A stretch of 64,000 bases of DNA, taken from contig CAVXAT010000001.1 in the NCBI GenBank assembly GCA_963759805.1, forward strand, positions 295,915 through 359,914. The letters run 5' to 3'. A program made the translations under genes and the position numbers. The notes below the pieces were generated by a model. It searched no databases. It was not told the origin of the DNA and saw only the letters and a list, made by a program, of their open reading frames with translations. Positions 9,275 through 19,540 of this stretch are shown piece after piece (the stretch's first letter is position 1; the number at the start of each line of letters is the position of its first letter). The stretch is from an uncultured bacterium. GTDB taxonomy: Bacteria; Babelota; Babeliae; Babelales; RVW-14.

Positions 9275-10231
9275 ATGAAAATATCACGTATGAAAACATC
9301 ACGTTGTCTAGCAGTTATCATATTTTGCGCAGTTAGCGCAAGTATCTCGTTTTTTATCAAAGCAGATGTATTTGAGGATCTGTTTAAGAATGTTGATTTT
9401 GAACAACTGACAAAAGACATGGAAAAAATGCTTGGAGATGCAGAAGACAGCAAGGAGGGTCTACCCAAAATGCCTGCAGTGCCATCAAAAGAGGGCGTTA
9501 CTGGAATTTCTGGAGCAGCTGAAAAGGTAACAGAACCCACCGGACCGAAAAAGGATCGTCGAACTCTTTTTCTTGACCCGGATATGAAAAAAATTGAGGT
9601 TAAAAACAAAACCACAACCGAACCAACCAAAGAATCCCGTAAGGCCCTTTCTAGTTTTGTTAAAGAGATGGATAAAAATTTAAAAAATTTTGAGAATTAC
9701 ATTGAGGCCAATAAGAAACTCTCTCCTCAATTCAAAGAAAAATATCTGCATGAGATAAGAAAAAAGATCGATGAGATTGTTGTTGCAAGTGAATTGATTG
9801 ATAGCAAGAAAATTTATCAAAAAATATTTCTGACGCCCCCTGTGAGCGCCTCGACACGAAGTGCTTCACCACAAAAATCACCCACAGGATTTGGCAGCAA
9901 CATGATGATGCTACAAGATTCAATGAAGCAATTAAGACAGAGATACTTATCACTTATTGATGAGTTAAATTCATTAAATAAAAAACTAGAGGTAAGTGAA
10001 GAGGAAGAGTCTAAAGAGAAAGATAAAGCAGTTCTTGAAGAACTTGCCGGCAAAGAGGCAGAACTTTTACCAGAGTATACCGCACTGGTTCCAAGTAAAC
10101 AAAAAGTACGCGGTGCAAAACCAACACCACAAACTGATCAAAAAAAGTTAAAATCTATTAAAAAAACACATTACTCAAAAACCATAAAACCCCAAACGTC
10201 TGCAGAAGTACAAACCGGAGTACAAAGATGA
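9275..10231 (+). CDS. Hypothetical secreted, Lys/Glu-rich helical protein
   Basis: 318-aa ORF, signal/anchor sequence, 4-bp overlap with the next gene. Confidence 0.75.
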   Translation: MKISRMKTSRCLAVIIFCAVSASISFFIKADVFEDLFKNVDFEQLTKDMEKMLGDAEDSKEGLPKMPAVPSKEGVTGISGAAEKVTEPTGPKKDRRTLFLDPDMKKIEVKNKTTTEPTKESRKALSSFVKEMDKNLKNFENYIEANKKLSPQFKEKYLHEIRKKIDEIVVASELIDSKKIYQKIFLTPPVSASTRSASPQKSPTGFGSNMMMLQDSMKQLRQRYLSLIDELNSLNKKLEVSEEEESKEKDKAVLEELAGKEAELLPEYTALVPSKQKVRGAKPTPQTDQKKLKSIKKTHYSKTIKPQTSAEVQTGVQR

Positions 10232-12198
10232 AAAAATTATTTTATTTATTAATTTTACTGACAGCAGGCTTACTAAATATTAATTTATATGCCGGCGCAG
10301 AGTTACCCGTAACGGAGTTGCCTGTAACAGGTTCTACAAGTTCGGACATAGGGACCCCTGCGACAGGCTCGACTGAAGACTTATCATTCGCAGATTTTTT
10401 AAAACAGCTTGAAACAAAACAAAATTTAGATAAAGAGTCAGCTCAGGATAAAAATTTAAACAATAACGAAGGGGAACGGTTAGAACGAGAAATTGTCACT
10501 ATGTTCAACCAAAAAATAACCCCTCTTGCAAATGATATTTCAAAAATAGTTCAAAGCCCTGATGCAAAAAAAGCGCTTGAAGAGAAGATAAAAGAGCGAG
10601 AACAGAAGCAGAAAGAGGCCGAACGTAGAATAGAAAAGATGAAACTTAAACATCCATCCGGATATACCCCATCCTATCGCCCATCCAGTGGCTATGGCCG
10701 AGACTACAGCCCTTCATCCTACAAAGGTCGTAGTGATAGGTATGGAACTGGTTATGATGGATACACCCCAGGTTCAAGCTACTGGGATAAAAACAAGCCG
10801 GGTGAGAGTAAATTGGAAAGCAAAGAACCAGGTAAAGCTGGTGGTAAATCTGGAACCGGTGGTAAATCTGGAACCGGTGGTAAATCTGAATCCGAGGATA
10901 AAGAGAAAAAACATGGCGGTTCGGGCGGGGATAAAGACGTCAAAAAGGCTATCGCTTCGGTAGACCATTTAACAAAAGAAATTCGAGAAATTCTTTCACG
11001 AGAAAATAAAAAAATTGGCGATAAGACTGCAATACATGATCTGGCTACACATGGAACTCTTGTGCGCTTGAATAACCTTTTTGATAAAAGAGAAAAGGAG
11101 CTATGGAACATTCCGGAAGATAATAAGGATCTTGATAAAAAATCAAGTAAACAAGTTAGGGGCTTGCGTACAAAGGGTAGGGTTCAAAGTAAGACTAAAG
11201 TCACTGGGCAGAAAGTTAAGGGCTCCGGGAAGGAAGATAACTGGCACAGTAAAATTAAAGATTTCGCTAAAGAAAAAAAGATGTGGGAACAGTTTGCACC
11301 GCAAATTGTCAGCGCCATACAGGATCCTGAAGGTATGGCCGCGGCACAAAACGCAGGTAGCGAACTGCTTAAGTCGCTTAAACTTTATGAGTATATATCT
11401 GATTTTCCTGCCGGTTATGAATCAGAGATAAGCAAAAAAGAAAAGAAAGAGGAAAAAGAGGAACCCGAATCTCCAGAGAAGTCTGATTCTGAAAAGAAAG
11501 CAGCGGCTGAAAAGAAACCAGAGGCGAAAGGAAAAACAGATTCTGAAAAGAAGTCCAGTCCCACATTAAATAGAATAAAAATAAATACGCAGAGAATAGA
11601 AAAGCTTATTACACAAAATATAAAAGATTTGAAACCAGAATCCAAAAATCCTGCTGATATCGAAAAAATGGAGAGTTTTTTAGCACAGATCTTAAAATTA
11701 TTTAATGAGAGAGATATGGATATCGCCGGATTGGATAACCCCAAAGAAGTAATGCAAAGTAAAGAAGAAACCAAAATGTGGGGTAAGCTTCTGCCTATCC
11801 TGATTCAAGCAGTAACATATTCAGAAGAAAAAACAGGCCGTGAACTTCTTGATTCACTTGAACTTAATGAGTATATAACTGCGTCAACAATCAGTTCAGA
11901 GATAAGTAAAATTGAGGCCAAACTACTGGCCGAAAAAGCAAAATTAGAGGCCAAAACGCGCTCCCGCGCAACAATGCAAGCACTTCATAGAATTGCTCAG
12001 CGAGCACACAAAATTTGGGACAAAATCAAAGATGCAGGATTGAAGAAGCTGGTCAGTAAATTCCAACAAGAGGAAGCCAAATCCGAAGAGAAATCAGATA
12101 AAATTGAACATGCAAAATTGAAAAAGCCAATAAGCAAAAGGGCCCTTGCAAAGGAAAAAATGGCCATTGCAAAAAAGGTCCCAAAAAGAAGAAATTGA
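10228..12198 (+). CDS. Hypothetical secreted low-complexity protein with internal domain duplication
   Basis: 656-aa ORF, signal peptide, GGKSGT repeats, two similar blocks (MWxx...ELLxSLxLxEYI...SEISK). Confidence 0.75.
   Translation: MKKLFYLLILLTAGLLNINLYAGAELPVTELPVTGSTSSDIGTPATGSTEDLSFADFLKQLETKQNLDKESAQDKNLNNNEGERLEREIVTMFNQKITPLANDISKIVQSPDAKKALEEKIKEREQKQKEAERRIEKMKLKHPSGYTPSYRPSSGYGRDYSPSSYKGRSDRYGTGYDGYTPGSSYWDKNKPGESKLESKEPGKAGGKSGTGGKSGTGGKSESEDKEKKHGGSGGDKDVKKAIASVDHLTKEIREILSRENKKIGDKTAIHDLATHGTLVRLNNLFDKREKELWNIPEDNKDLDKKSSKQVRGLRTKGRVQSKTKVTGQKVKGSGKEDNWHSKIKDFAKEKKMWEQFAPQIVSAIQDPEGMAAAQNAGSELLKSLKLYEYISDFPAGYESEISKKEKKEEKEEPESPEKSDSEKKAAAEKKPEAKGKTDSEKKSSPTLNRIKINTQRIEKLITQNIKDLKPESKNPADIEKMESFLAQILKLFNERDMDIAGLDNPKEVMQSKEETKMWGKLLPILIQAVTYSEEKTGRELLDSLELNEYITASTISSEISKIEAKLLAEKAKLEAKTRSRATMQALHRIAQRAHKIWDKIKDAGLKKLVSKFQQEEAKSEEKSDKIEHAKLKKPISKRALAKEKMAIAKKVPKRRN
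10840..10887 (+). repeat. 18-bp coding tandem repeat (GGTGGTAAATCTGGAACC, ~2.7 copies)
   Basis: Read directly; encodes GGKSGT repeats. Confidence 0.85.
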
Positions 12199-12263
12199 GA
12201 TAGATTCTTCTCCAGCTAACACGTAAAAAAATTATCCCTAAAGAAACCAAAAACCTCAGTTTG

Positions 12264-12308
12264 GGCACACGTTGAGCGCCGCACCGCACCAACGTGTGCC
12301 TCTTTTTT
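12264..12308 (+). terminator. Rho-independent terminator
   Basis: GGCACACGTTG...CAACGTGTGCC stem followed by TCTTTTTT, downstream of 10228-12198. Confidence 0.75.
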
Positions 12309-12385
12309 ATCTAAACCATTGACAAAAACTCGCCAAATTCGTCATCATGAATACAGTTAGTTTCATAGGCGAAAGGAACAGTAGG

Positions 12386-12493
12386 ATGCGATCGAACAAC
12401 AAAGCGTTTATAAAAATAATAGCGCTAAAATTTTTGTGGATGATAAGTATAATTACGATTATTTTAAGCATCGTAAAGAAATTTAAAATTTAA
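12386..12493 (+). CDS. Candidate 35-aa small membrane peptide
   Basis: MRSNNKAFIKIIALKFLWMISIITIILSIVKKFKI; AAAGGA SD 8 nt upstream; TTGACA at 12319. Confidence 0.3.
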   Translation: MRSNNKAFIKIIALKFLWMISIITIILSIVKKFKI

Positions 12494-12732
12494 CATCTAC
12501 AAATTTTAAATTCATTGCTTTCCCCTCTCAGATATTTTTAAAAAAATTCTTTTTTTAAAAATTCCCAACTTAATATTTTCCGGCAACAACTAAACCTTTA
12601 TATCTAAGCCGAATTTAATTATATTTTACTTTTATTGACTAATATGAAATCGAAACCGTAGAATTAAATTGAAAAGCTAATAAATTCACATGCACTTTTA
12701 ATTCAACGTTTTTATTAAGGGGGGAGAAAAAA

Positions 12733-13728
12733 ATGAAAACAATTAGAATTTTGGTCATCACAGCGATGGTTTTACTCAGTTTCTCAAATTTTGGCATTGC
12801 CGGGCATGCAAAAAAGACTAAAACATCAGATGCTGCATCACTGACGGATCTGTCATCCGATGCTGAAACTTTAATTCCAGCGCAGCAAGCGCTGCAAGAT
12901 TTTAAATCTTATTTCAATAAACAGATCGCCAAACACAATCTATCACTATCATCCGAACAAATTGACTCGCTTACGGCTAAAAGCCGCAGCTTAATCTACG
13001 AAAGCTCACGCGAAGGCCAGATAAGCCAGGCAAATTCACGCAAGATTCAAAAAGAGTTTAAACTCTACCTCAAAACAGCGTATCCGGAAAATTTTAAAAT
13101 CAAACGCTCTCAAAACGAAGTTAATTACAAGCTAGCTCGTCGTAGAATTCGCGCAACAACAAAAGATTTTATCGTAAACAAACTACAAATCAAAAATAAC
13201 ACTGAAATAAAAGAACTTTGGGATAAAGTTAAAAGCATGGTCTATAAAAAGCTTGATAAAGCAGCATATTTTAATGATTTTAATGAGCTGGTTGTTGACG
13301 AATCTGCCATTCCGGAGATTATTGGCAAAGTTTTCACCAAGCTTGAAGCTGAGAATCCTAACGATAATAACGGTAATTCCATAAACGCCGAGATTCTAAA
13401 CCGCCACAAGCATACGCACCAACAAGCTACCGCTCCGGAAAAAATCTCTGCCCCAATTGCAGAAAAATTGGTTAGATTAATGATTCGCAATAAGGGAATC
13501 AGCGCAAAGCACAACGACACACTAACTCATAAGATAATGAAAGAAGTAAACAAAAACCTTAAAAGAGGTCGCATATCAAAAGAGTTTGTTGTGCAGACAA
13601 CAAAACGAGAAATCGAAGAGTTTATGGAGTTGAAAAGTAATGTCACCAAAAAGGCAACCGGACGATACCTGGATAGATTCATTAAAGCCATGGGACAGGT
13701 ACCAGAAACAAACCCAAATGAACCTTGA
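12733..13728 (+). CDS. Hypothetical secreted basic protein
   Basis: 331-aa ORF, strong SD, signal peptide. Confidence 0.75.
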   Translation: MKTIRILVITAMVLLSFSNFGIAGHAKKTKTSDAASLTDLSSDAETLIPAQQALQDFKSYFNKQIAKHNLSLSSEQIDSLTAKSRSLIYESSREGQISQANSRKIQKEFKLYLKTAYPENFKIKRSQNEVNYKLARRRIRATTKDFIVNKLQIKNNTEIKELWDKVKSMVYKKLDKAAYFNDFNELVVDESAIPEIIGKVFTKLEAENPNDNNGNSINAEILNRHKHTHQQATAPEKISAPIAEKLVRLMIRNKGISAKHNDTLTHKIMKEVNKNLKRGRISKEFVVQTTKREIEEFMELKSNVTKKATGRYLDRFIKAMGQVPETNPNEP

Positions 13729-13794
13729 AATTGTAAAAACCAACAAAAATCGATTAAAAATTTCTTAATCCAAAAATATAATTCTGAATTTCGT

Positions 13795-13819
13795 AAGGGG
13801 CGCATTCGCGCCCCTTTTT
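13795..13819. terminator. Bidirectional terminator-like hairpin between convergent genes
   Basis: AAGGGGCGC-ATTC-GCGCCCCTT followed by a T run. Confidence 0.75.
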
Positions 13820-13848
13820 CTACTATTTCAATTTTCACAAACTTTATT

Positions 13849-15087
13849 TTAGTTATTACTTTGTGATGCAAGTGCTTGCTTAAGCTCATTTACCTTATTT
13901 GTCTGTTCCCACGTGAAATCTGGCTCATTCTCTCGTCCAAAGTGTCCGTAGGTCGCCGTTTTTCTGTAGATAGGTCTTTTAAGATTAAGATATTTAATTA
14001 TTCCCGCAGGTTTAAGAGGAAAAACCTTTCTGACAGCTTTTTCAATTGCTTCAGAACTTGTTTGTGATGTTCCAAAAGTATTAACATAAACCGAAACAGG
14101 TTCTGCAACCCCTATGCAGTATGCAATCTGAACTTCGCATCGATCCGCAATACCAGCAGCAACAATATTTTTCGCTACATGTCTTGCCATATAAGCAGCA
14201 GACCTATCAACTTTAGATGGATCTTTTCCAGAGAAGCAACCTCCACCATGTCTGCCCATTCCACCATAAGTATCAACAATAATTTTTCTTCCTGTTAATC
14301 CCGTATCGCCTTGCGGCCCACCAATTGCAAACGATCCTGTTTCATTAACAAAATATCTGGTTTGGGACGTTACATACTTACCGCATATCGGTAAAATTAC
14401 ATTTTTTATTACCTCTTGTTTAATCACATCTTGCAAAACAGCAGGATCATGTTGCGCGGCAATAACTACGGCTGTAACATTGGCAGGCTTACCGTCTACA
14501 TATTTGACGGTAACCTGAGTTTTTCCATCCGGACGCAACCATGAAAGTGTCCTGTCTTTTCGTACCTGCGAAAGTTTGAACGCAAGCTTGTGAGCTAGAC
14601 TTATTGGCAACGGCATAAGTTCAGGGGTCTCAGTACATGCATAACCAAACATAAGCCCCTGGTCCCCTGCTCCCTGCTCATGTTCTTTCGTTTCCTTTAC
14701 CCCCTGTGCAATGTCAGGACTTTGTTTATTAATTGCCGCAATAACAGCACAACTGTCGCAACTCATTCCATAATCCGGATGGGTATATCCGGCGTCACGC
14801 AAAACACCCCGAACAACATCCTGCACATTGATTGTTGCAGATGTTGTAATTTCTCCGGTAACTACAACCATGCCAAGGGTAGCAAGCGTTTCGCACGCAA
14901 CGTGGGAATCCGGATCTTGTGCAAGTGCAGCATCAAGAACAGCATCTGATATCTGATCACAAATTTTATCAGGATGCCCTTCCGTAACTGATTCAGAAGA
15001 AAAAAGATAACTGTTTTCTCCATAAATGGGCTGGGAACAAAGAGTTAAAAATAATATTGCACTGCCCAAAAAAGATATTCGCTTCAT
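13849..15087 (-). CDS. metK: S-adenosylmethionine synthetase with an N-terminal signal-peptide-like extension
   Basis: [47 protein letters not shown]. Confidence 0.97.
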   Translation of the reverse strand: MKRISFLGSAILFLTLCSQPIYGENSYLFSSESVTEGHPDKICDQISDAVLDAALAQDPDSHVACETLATLGMVVVTGEITTSATINVQDVVRGVLRDAGYTHPDYGMSCDSCAVIAAINKQSPDIAQGVKETKEHEQGAGDQGLMFGYACTETPELMPLPISLAHKLAFKLSQVRKDRTLSWLRPDGKTQVTVKYVDGKPANVTAVVIAAQHDPAVLQDVIKQEVIKNVILPICGKYVTSQTRYFVNETGSFAIGGPQGDTGLTGRKIIVDTYGGMGRHGGGCFSGKDPSKVDRSAAYMARHVAKNIVAAGIADRCEVQIAYCIGVAEPVSVYVNTFGTSQTSSEAIEKAVRKVFPLKPAGIIKYLNLKRPIYRKTATYGHFGRENEPDFTWEQTNKVNELKQALASQSNN

Positions 15088-15267
15088 TACAAAACTCCTT
15101 TTAAAATTAAGAATAAAATTGGGTTGAGAATTGGGTTAAGAAAATGATTTTATATTGTTTGGAAAATAGTGTAAAGATGAAAATCGCTTCTGTTTTAATT
15201 GAGGTAAAAGAGTAGTTTCAAGTTTAAAATTCATAGTTTTTAGCGTTTTTAATCATTTATTTGCAAA

Positions 15268-15318
15268 TTGACACCGCTATCGTCATAATGAGTCTCAAAA
15301 TGACGAAACCGGCGTCAA
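15268..15318. promoter_or_regulatory. 19-bp inverted repeat upstream of the AAA ATPase gene (candidate operator)
   Basis: TTGACACCGCTATCGTCAT-N13-ATGACGAAACCGGCGTCAA, 16/19 complementary. Confidence 0.45.
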
Positions 15319-15359
15319 ATTGTTTAAAATATCGATTTGTTTTAAATAAAGGCTAAAAA

Positions 15360-16529
15360 ATGAATTTAAAATATATAACTCGAGTCTTTAAGGACCCCGA
15401 AACAAGCTATTTTCTTTTCGGTCCTAGAGGGACTGGCAAATCAACAATGACTGCGAAAAATCATCCAGATGCATTATTAATCGATTTGCGACAAGCGGAC
15501 ATTCGATATCGGCTTACTGCAAACCCAGATCATTTAACAGAGCTAGTTGGCGCACAGCCAGATGGAAAAACAATTGTAATTGATGAGATTCAAAAAATCC
15601 CGGAGCTCTTGCCAATCGTACACATGCTTATTGAAAAAAAGCGTATGTGGAAATTTATTCTTACCGGCTCAAGTGCTAGAAAGCTCAAAAGGCAAGGTGT
15701 AGATCTGCTTGGAGGACGAGCATTTAAAAAGGTACTCCATCCTTTTATGGCCTGTGAACTTAAAGAACAGTTTAATCTTGAAGACGCATTAAACTATGGG
15801 CTTTTGCCACTTCGTTTTTCTTATCCTGATTACAAATCAACATTAAATGCCTACATAGATTTATATCTGGAAGAAGAGGTAAAAATGGAAGGACTCATCC
15901 GCCACATTGAACCCTTTACCAGATTTTTGCAGATAATGAGCCTTTCTCATGGTGCCATTTTAAATGTCACAAACATTTCCCGCGAATGCCATGTAAAACG
16001 AACAACTGTAAACGAGTGGATCTCTATTTTAGAAGATTTACTGATCTGTTATCAAATCAATGTTTTTACTCAGAGAGCAAAACGAGAACTTAGCTCTCAT
16101 CCCAAATTTTATTTTTTTGATGCCGGTGTTTATCGTGCGCTACGTCCAAAATCAATAAAGGACAGTGAATCAGAAATAAATGGAGCGGGATTAGAAGGTC
16201 TTGTTGCACAACATCTGATGGCATGGAAAGATTATACAACCGAAAAGCATGAAATCTCATTTTGGCGTACAAGATCGGGAGTTGAGGTAGATTTTGTTGT
16301 TTTTGGAACACTTGGGTTTTGGGCAATTGAGGTAAAAAATACTGAAAAAATTCGTATCGAAGATCTGGCCGCTCTTTCTGCCTTTCATGAAGATTATCCC
16401 GAAGCCAAAACCATTTTTCTTTATCGCGGCAAGGAACGCATGTTAAAAAATGGTATACTCTGTTTGCCATGCGATGAATTTCTTAGCTCACTCTACCCTG
16501 ACCTGCCGTTATTACATGGATTGGGTTAG
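15360..16529 (+). CDS. AAA+ ATPase (AAA_14) with C-terminal DUF4143 domain
   Basis: GPRGTGKS, IDEIQ, LTGSS, KFYFFDAG, FWRTRSGVEVDFV...AIEVK. Confidence 0.9.
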   Translation: MNLKYITRVFKDPETSYFLFGPRGTGKSTMTAKNHPDALLIDLRQADIRYRLTANPDHLTELVGAQPDGKTIVIDEIQKIPELLPIVHMLIEKKRMWKFILTGSSARKLKRQGVDLLGGRAFKKVLHPFMACELKEQFNLEDALNYGLLPLRFSYPDYKSTLNAYIDLYLEEEVKMEGLIRHIEPFTRFLQIMSLSHGAILNVTNISRECHVKRTTVNEWISILEDLLICYQINVFTQRAKRELSSHPKFYFFDAGVYRALRPKSIKDSESEINGAGLEGLVAQHLMAWKDYTTEKHEISFWRTRSGVEVDFVVFGTLGFWAIEVKNTEKIRIEDLAALSAFHEDYPEAKTIFLYRGKERMLKNGILCLPCDEFLSSLYPDLPLLHGLG

Positions 16530-16615
16530 GAATGAGCAAATGATTGCAAAATAACGAGGTTGAAATTATGAAATTGGGAAAGTAAAATCAAGTTTGTTTG
16601 TGAAAGGATATTTTT

Positions 16616-16834
16616 ATGAGAGCTATCGAATTTTCAGGTAATATTAAAGATGGAATTGTCAAAATTCCTAAAAAATTTTTACCCAATTTAGCTGATGAAT
16701 CTGTGCGAATAATAATTCTTGTCAAAGAACAAGAACCATCAAGAAAAAAGCTTTCTTTTAAAAAACGGTTTAAATCTGTAGGCCTTGATACGCGTGGTTT
16801 TAAATTTAATCGAAATGAGGCAAATGAGCGATAA
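16616..16834 (+). CDS. Putative antitoxin (VapB-like)
   Basis: 72 aa, ends ...FKFNRNEANER, overlaps the PIN toxin start. Confidence 0.7.
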   Translation: MRAIEFSGNIKDGIVKIPKKFLPNLADESVRIIILVKEQEPSRKKLSFKKRFKSVGLDTRGFKFNRNEANER

Positions 16835-17234
16835 ATTCTTTATCGACACTAATATTTTGGTCTATTTTTATACCAAAACCGAAAAGACAAAATTAAATAT
16901 CTTAGAAAAACTTTTAAACCAAGCCGATTTGGTTGTCAGTACGCAAGTTTTAAATGAGTTATCAAATGTATTACTTAAAAAATTTAATTTATCTGCTGAC
17001 GAAATAACCATGCTAATACAGGAAGTATCGCGATGGTGCTTGGTTCATACAGTTGACATAACCACCATTATTCGCGCTCTTTATATTACCAAAAGATATA
17101 AAGTCTCTTTTTTTGATGGACTTATGATTGCCGCAGCATTGGAATGCAATTGTAAAATTATGTATTCGGAAGACATGCATCATGATTGCTTGATAGAAGA
17201 ATCATTGAGTATCGTTAATCCATTCAAGATTTGA
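16824..17234 (+). CDS. PIN-domain (VapC-like) toxin
   Basis: FIDTNILVY, STQVLNE, SFFDGLMIAAA, YSEDM, IVNPF; start at ATG 16824. Confidence 0.9.
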   Translation: MSDKFFIDTNILVYFYTKTEKTKLNILEKLLNQADLVVSTQVLNELSNVLLKKFNLSADEITMLIQEVSRWCLVHTVDITTIIRALYITKRYKVSFFDGLMIAAALECNCKIMYSEDMHHDCLIEESLSIVNPFKI

Positions 17235-17307
17235 TTAGAAATCAATTTATGCCAGGTCAAAAACTGTAAAGGATTTTTATGATCAAACAAATACAAATGT
17301 CTGGTCG

Positions 17308-17532
17308 ATGGAAACTGTTTTTCTCCCTGATTGGTGCAAGCGCTTTGGGAACGTTGACAGTTCTGCCGTATGTTTTAACACCAAAAACTTGGAAGAAGCG
17401 ATGCATGCTTACCGCATTACAACCAACGAGGTGAACAATTGCTATCCAACAATCTGTGGAATCCTGTTATTTGGCAAGAACCCACAATATTTCTTCCCTG
17501 AAGCCCGCATTATGTGTAATCATTTTCCATAG
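17308..17532 (+). pseudogene. Remnant of an AlbA_2/RecG-C-terminal-type ATP-binding transcriptional regulator
   Basis: PTICGILLFGKNPQYFFPEARI resembles the conserved middle of that family; rest of the gene absent. Confidence 0.5.
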
Positions 17533-17774
17533 AAAATTTTGAATCCAAAACCAAGAATTTATTGAGGCTGACAGTCATCAATCAAACAAATCACCCGGCG
17601 CACCTTCCTTCCCGCCATTTTCCCCAAGAACATCTTTTCCCCAACCCAAAGCATCCACCACCCCCTAATAAATTCGCTAGAATCTACCAATAACGAAGAA
17701 ATTTTATAAAAATACTACCAAATGCTATGCTATAAATATAAATTTTTAGATAGGAAGTTAAAGAAAGGGAAAAC

Positions 17775-18743
17775 ATGGTTTCTATTCAAAATGATGAATT
17801 AACAAAACAAATAATTGAGATTAAAAAAAACCACAGCGGAGAAAAAACTGAGGCCGGTGGTTTGAAAATTGAAAATTTACTTACAGATAGATTAAAACAT
17901 GATCCTGATAACATTGATCTTCTATTCAGGCTAGCTATGTTGAATGTATACGAACCATTTACAGACTATCCAGCTTGCTGTGTATTTTTTGAAAGAGTCA
18001 TCGCAGTTAGCAAAAAACACGAATCTATCGCTAACATTTGTATCAAGTATAATGATTACGATTTTTTTGCAATTAAACACGCCATTTCTTGGATCTTCGA
18101 AGGCAAAGATCGTAATTTAATTAATGACACTACCAACCAGTTGCTCAACCAAATTATTGAGACGGGCAAATGTAATAATGTTCCTGAAGCAAAGGTTTCC
18201 CTTGAGGGCGAACTTAAACATAAGCCAAACAATGTAGAAACACTATTTTTATTAGCTATGTTAGAACCTTGGGATAAAGCAATTGAATTGTTTAAAAAAA
18301 TTATCAACATAAGCAAAGAAAACGAAGCCATTGCCACGGTATTTTATGCTTACTTGGTAGATATTCACTACATAATAGATCAAGATTTATTGAACAGATT
18401 AAATAGTCTTCAAACAGACAATCCCGAAATAAATTCCATGATCAAATATGCCATTTCATGGTTCTATGCTGAAAATACACCTCATAACAATCCTATTCTT
18501 GAAGAAAAATATCTTAAAGAATCTATTGAACTTTACCAAGGACATGCATGGAACTATGTACATCTTGCAGAATTATATAATAAGCAAGGAATGGGAATTA
18601 AAGCTGAGCAACTAATGCATAAAGCTCGGTCGAATGTAAAAAAAGAATATTCTAGCAATGCTAAATTTAAAAATTATGATCCAACCAGTTTAAATCGGCT
18701 TTTAAACGAACTTATTACTGGCATCTCATCTGATAATGTCTAA
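17775..18743 (+). CDS. TPR-like helical repeat protein
   Basis: Internally duplicated DPDNIDLLFRLA / KPNNVETLFLLA helices; paralog of the next gene. Confidence 0.7.
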   Translation: MVSIQNDELTKQIIEIKKNHSGEKTEAGGLKIENLLTDRLKHDPDNIDLLFRLAMLNVYEPFTDYPACCVFFERVIAVSKKHESIANICIKYNDYDFFAIKHAISWIFEGKDRNLINDTTNQLLNQIIETGKCNNVPEAKVSLEGELKHKPNNVETLFLLAMLEPWDKAIELFKKIINISKENEAIATVFYAYLVDIHYIIDQDLLNRLNSLQTDNPEINSMIKYAISWFYAENTPHNNPILEEKYLKESIELYQGHAWNYVHLAELYNKQGMGIKAEQLMHKARSNVKKEYSSNAKFKNYDPTSLNRLLNELITGISSDNV

Positions 18744-18805
18744 GTTATAAAAATTTAGTTTTACCCTAAAAAACATGTGCTACTAAAAAACAAATAGTTG
18801 AAAAC

Positions 18806-19540
18806 ATGGTTTCTACTCAAAATGATGAATTAACAAAACAAATTATTGAGATGAGCAAGAAAAATGAAGAATTAAAAATTGAAAAGCTACTTGAAGAAAT
18901 TTTAATAAACGATCCCGAGAATATAGATATTCTCTTTAGATTAGCTTGTCTGGAAATGTACATGCCATTCGCTGATTATTACGCATGTTACATATATCTT
19001 GAAAAAATTATCTCCATTAGCCAAAAGCATGCAGTTATTGCTTCATCTTGTCTAACATACATTGAGCAAGGCTATCCAAGTGGAGACGCTACTAAGCCTG
19101 ATTATCTATATCCCATACTACGACAGGCCCTCTTATGGTTCTATGAAGTGCAAAAAACATGGGTTACTGATAATGCACTTAAACAAATAATCGAGAATGG
19201 CAAGGTTGATAATCCTGAAAAAATCAGGCACGATCTCGAAGTAAAATTACACCAAAATCCCAATGATATCGGAACGCTACTTCTCCTGTCTCTTATTGAA
19301 CTATTGTGCTCAGACACGAATCTTCAAAAAAGTGCTGGTTTTCTAAAAAAAATACTCTCATTTTGCAAAGAAACAGAGGCCACAGCCCTAGTCTTTCTTA
19401 CATATATCAAAGATCTTACTTACATTGATGAAGCCTTGATGAAGAGGGTAGATGCCCTTCATACAGACAATGCTGAAATAAATTCCATGCTTAAATATGC
19501 TGTTTCATGGTTCTATAATAACCTGAGTTCGACGTTATAA
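18806..19540 (+). pseudogene. Tandem paralog of 17775-18743, 3'-truncated by IS982
   Basis: Near-identical 5' end; similarity stops at SWFY where the IS IR begins (19521); stop codon supplied by the IS. Confidence 0.8.

Noticed and set aside
17600..17670. C-rich tract as a G-quadruplex or regulatory element
   Set aside because: Irregular runs, single occurrence, no supporting context.
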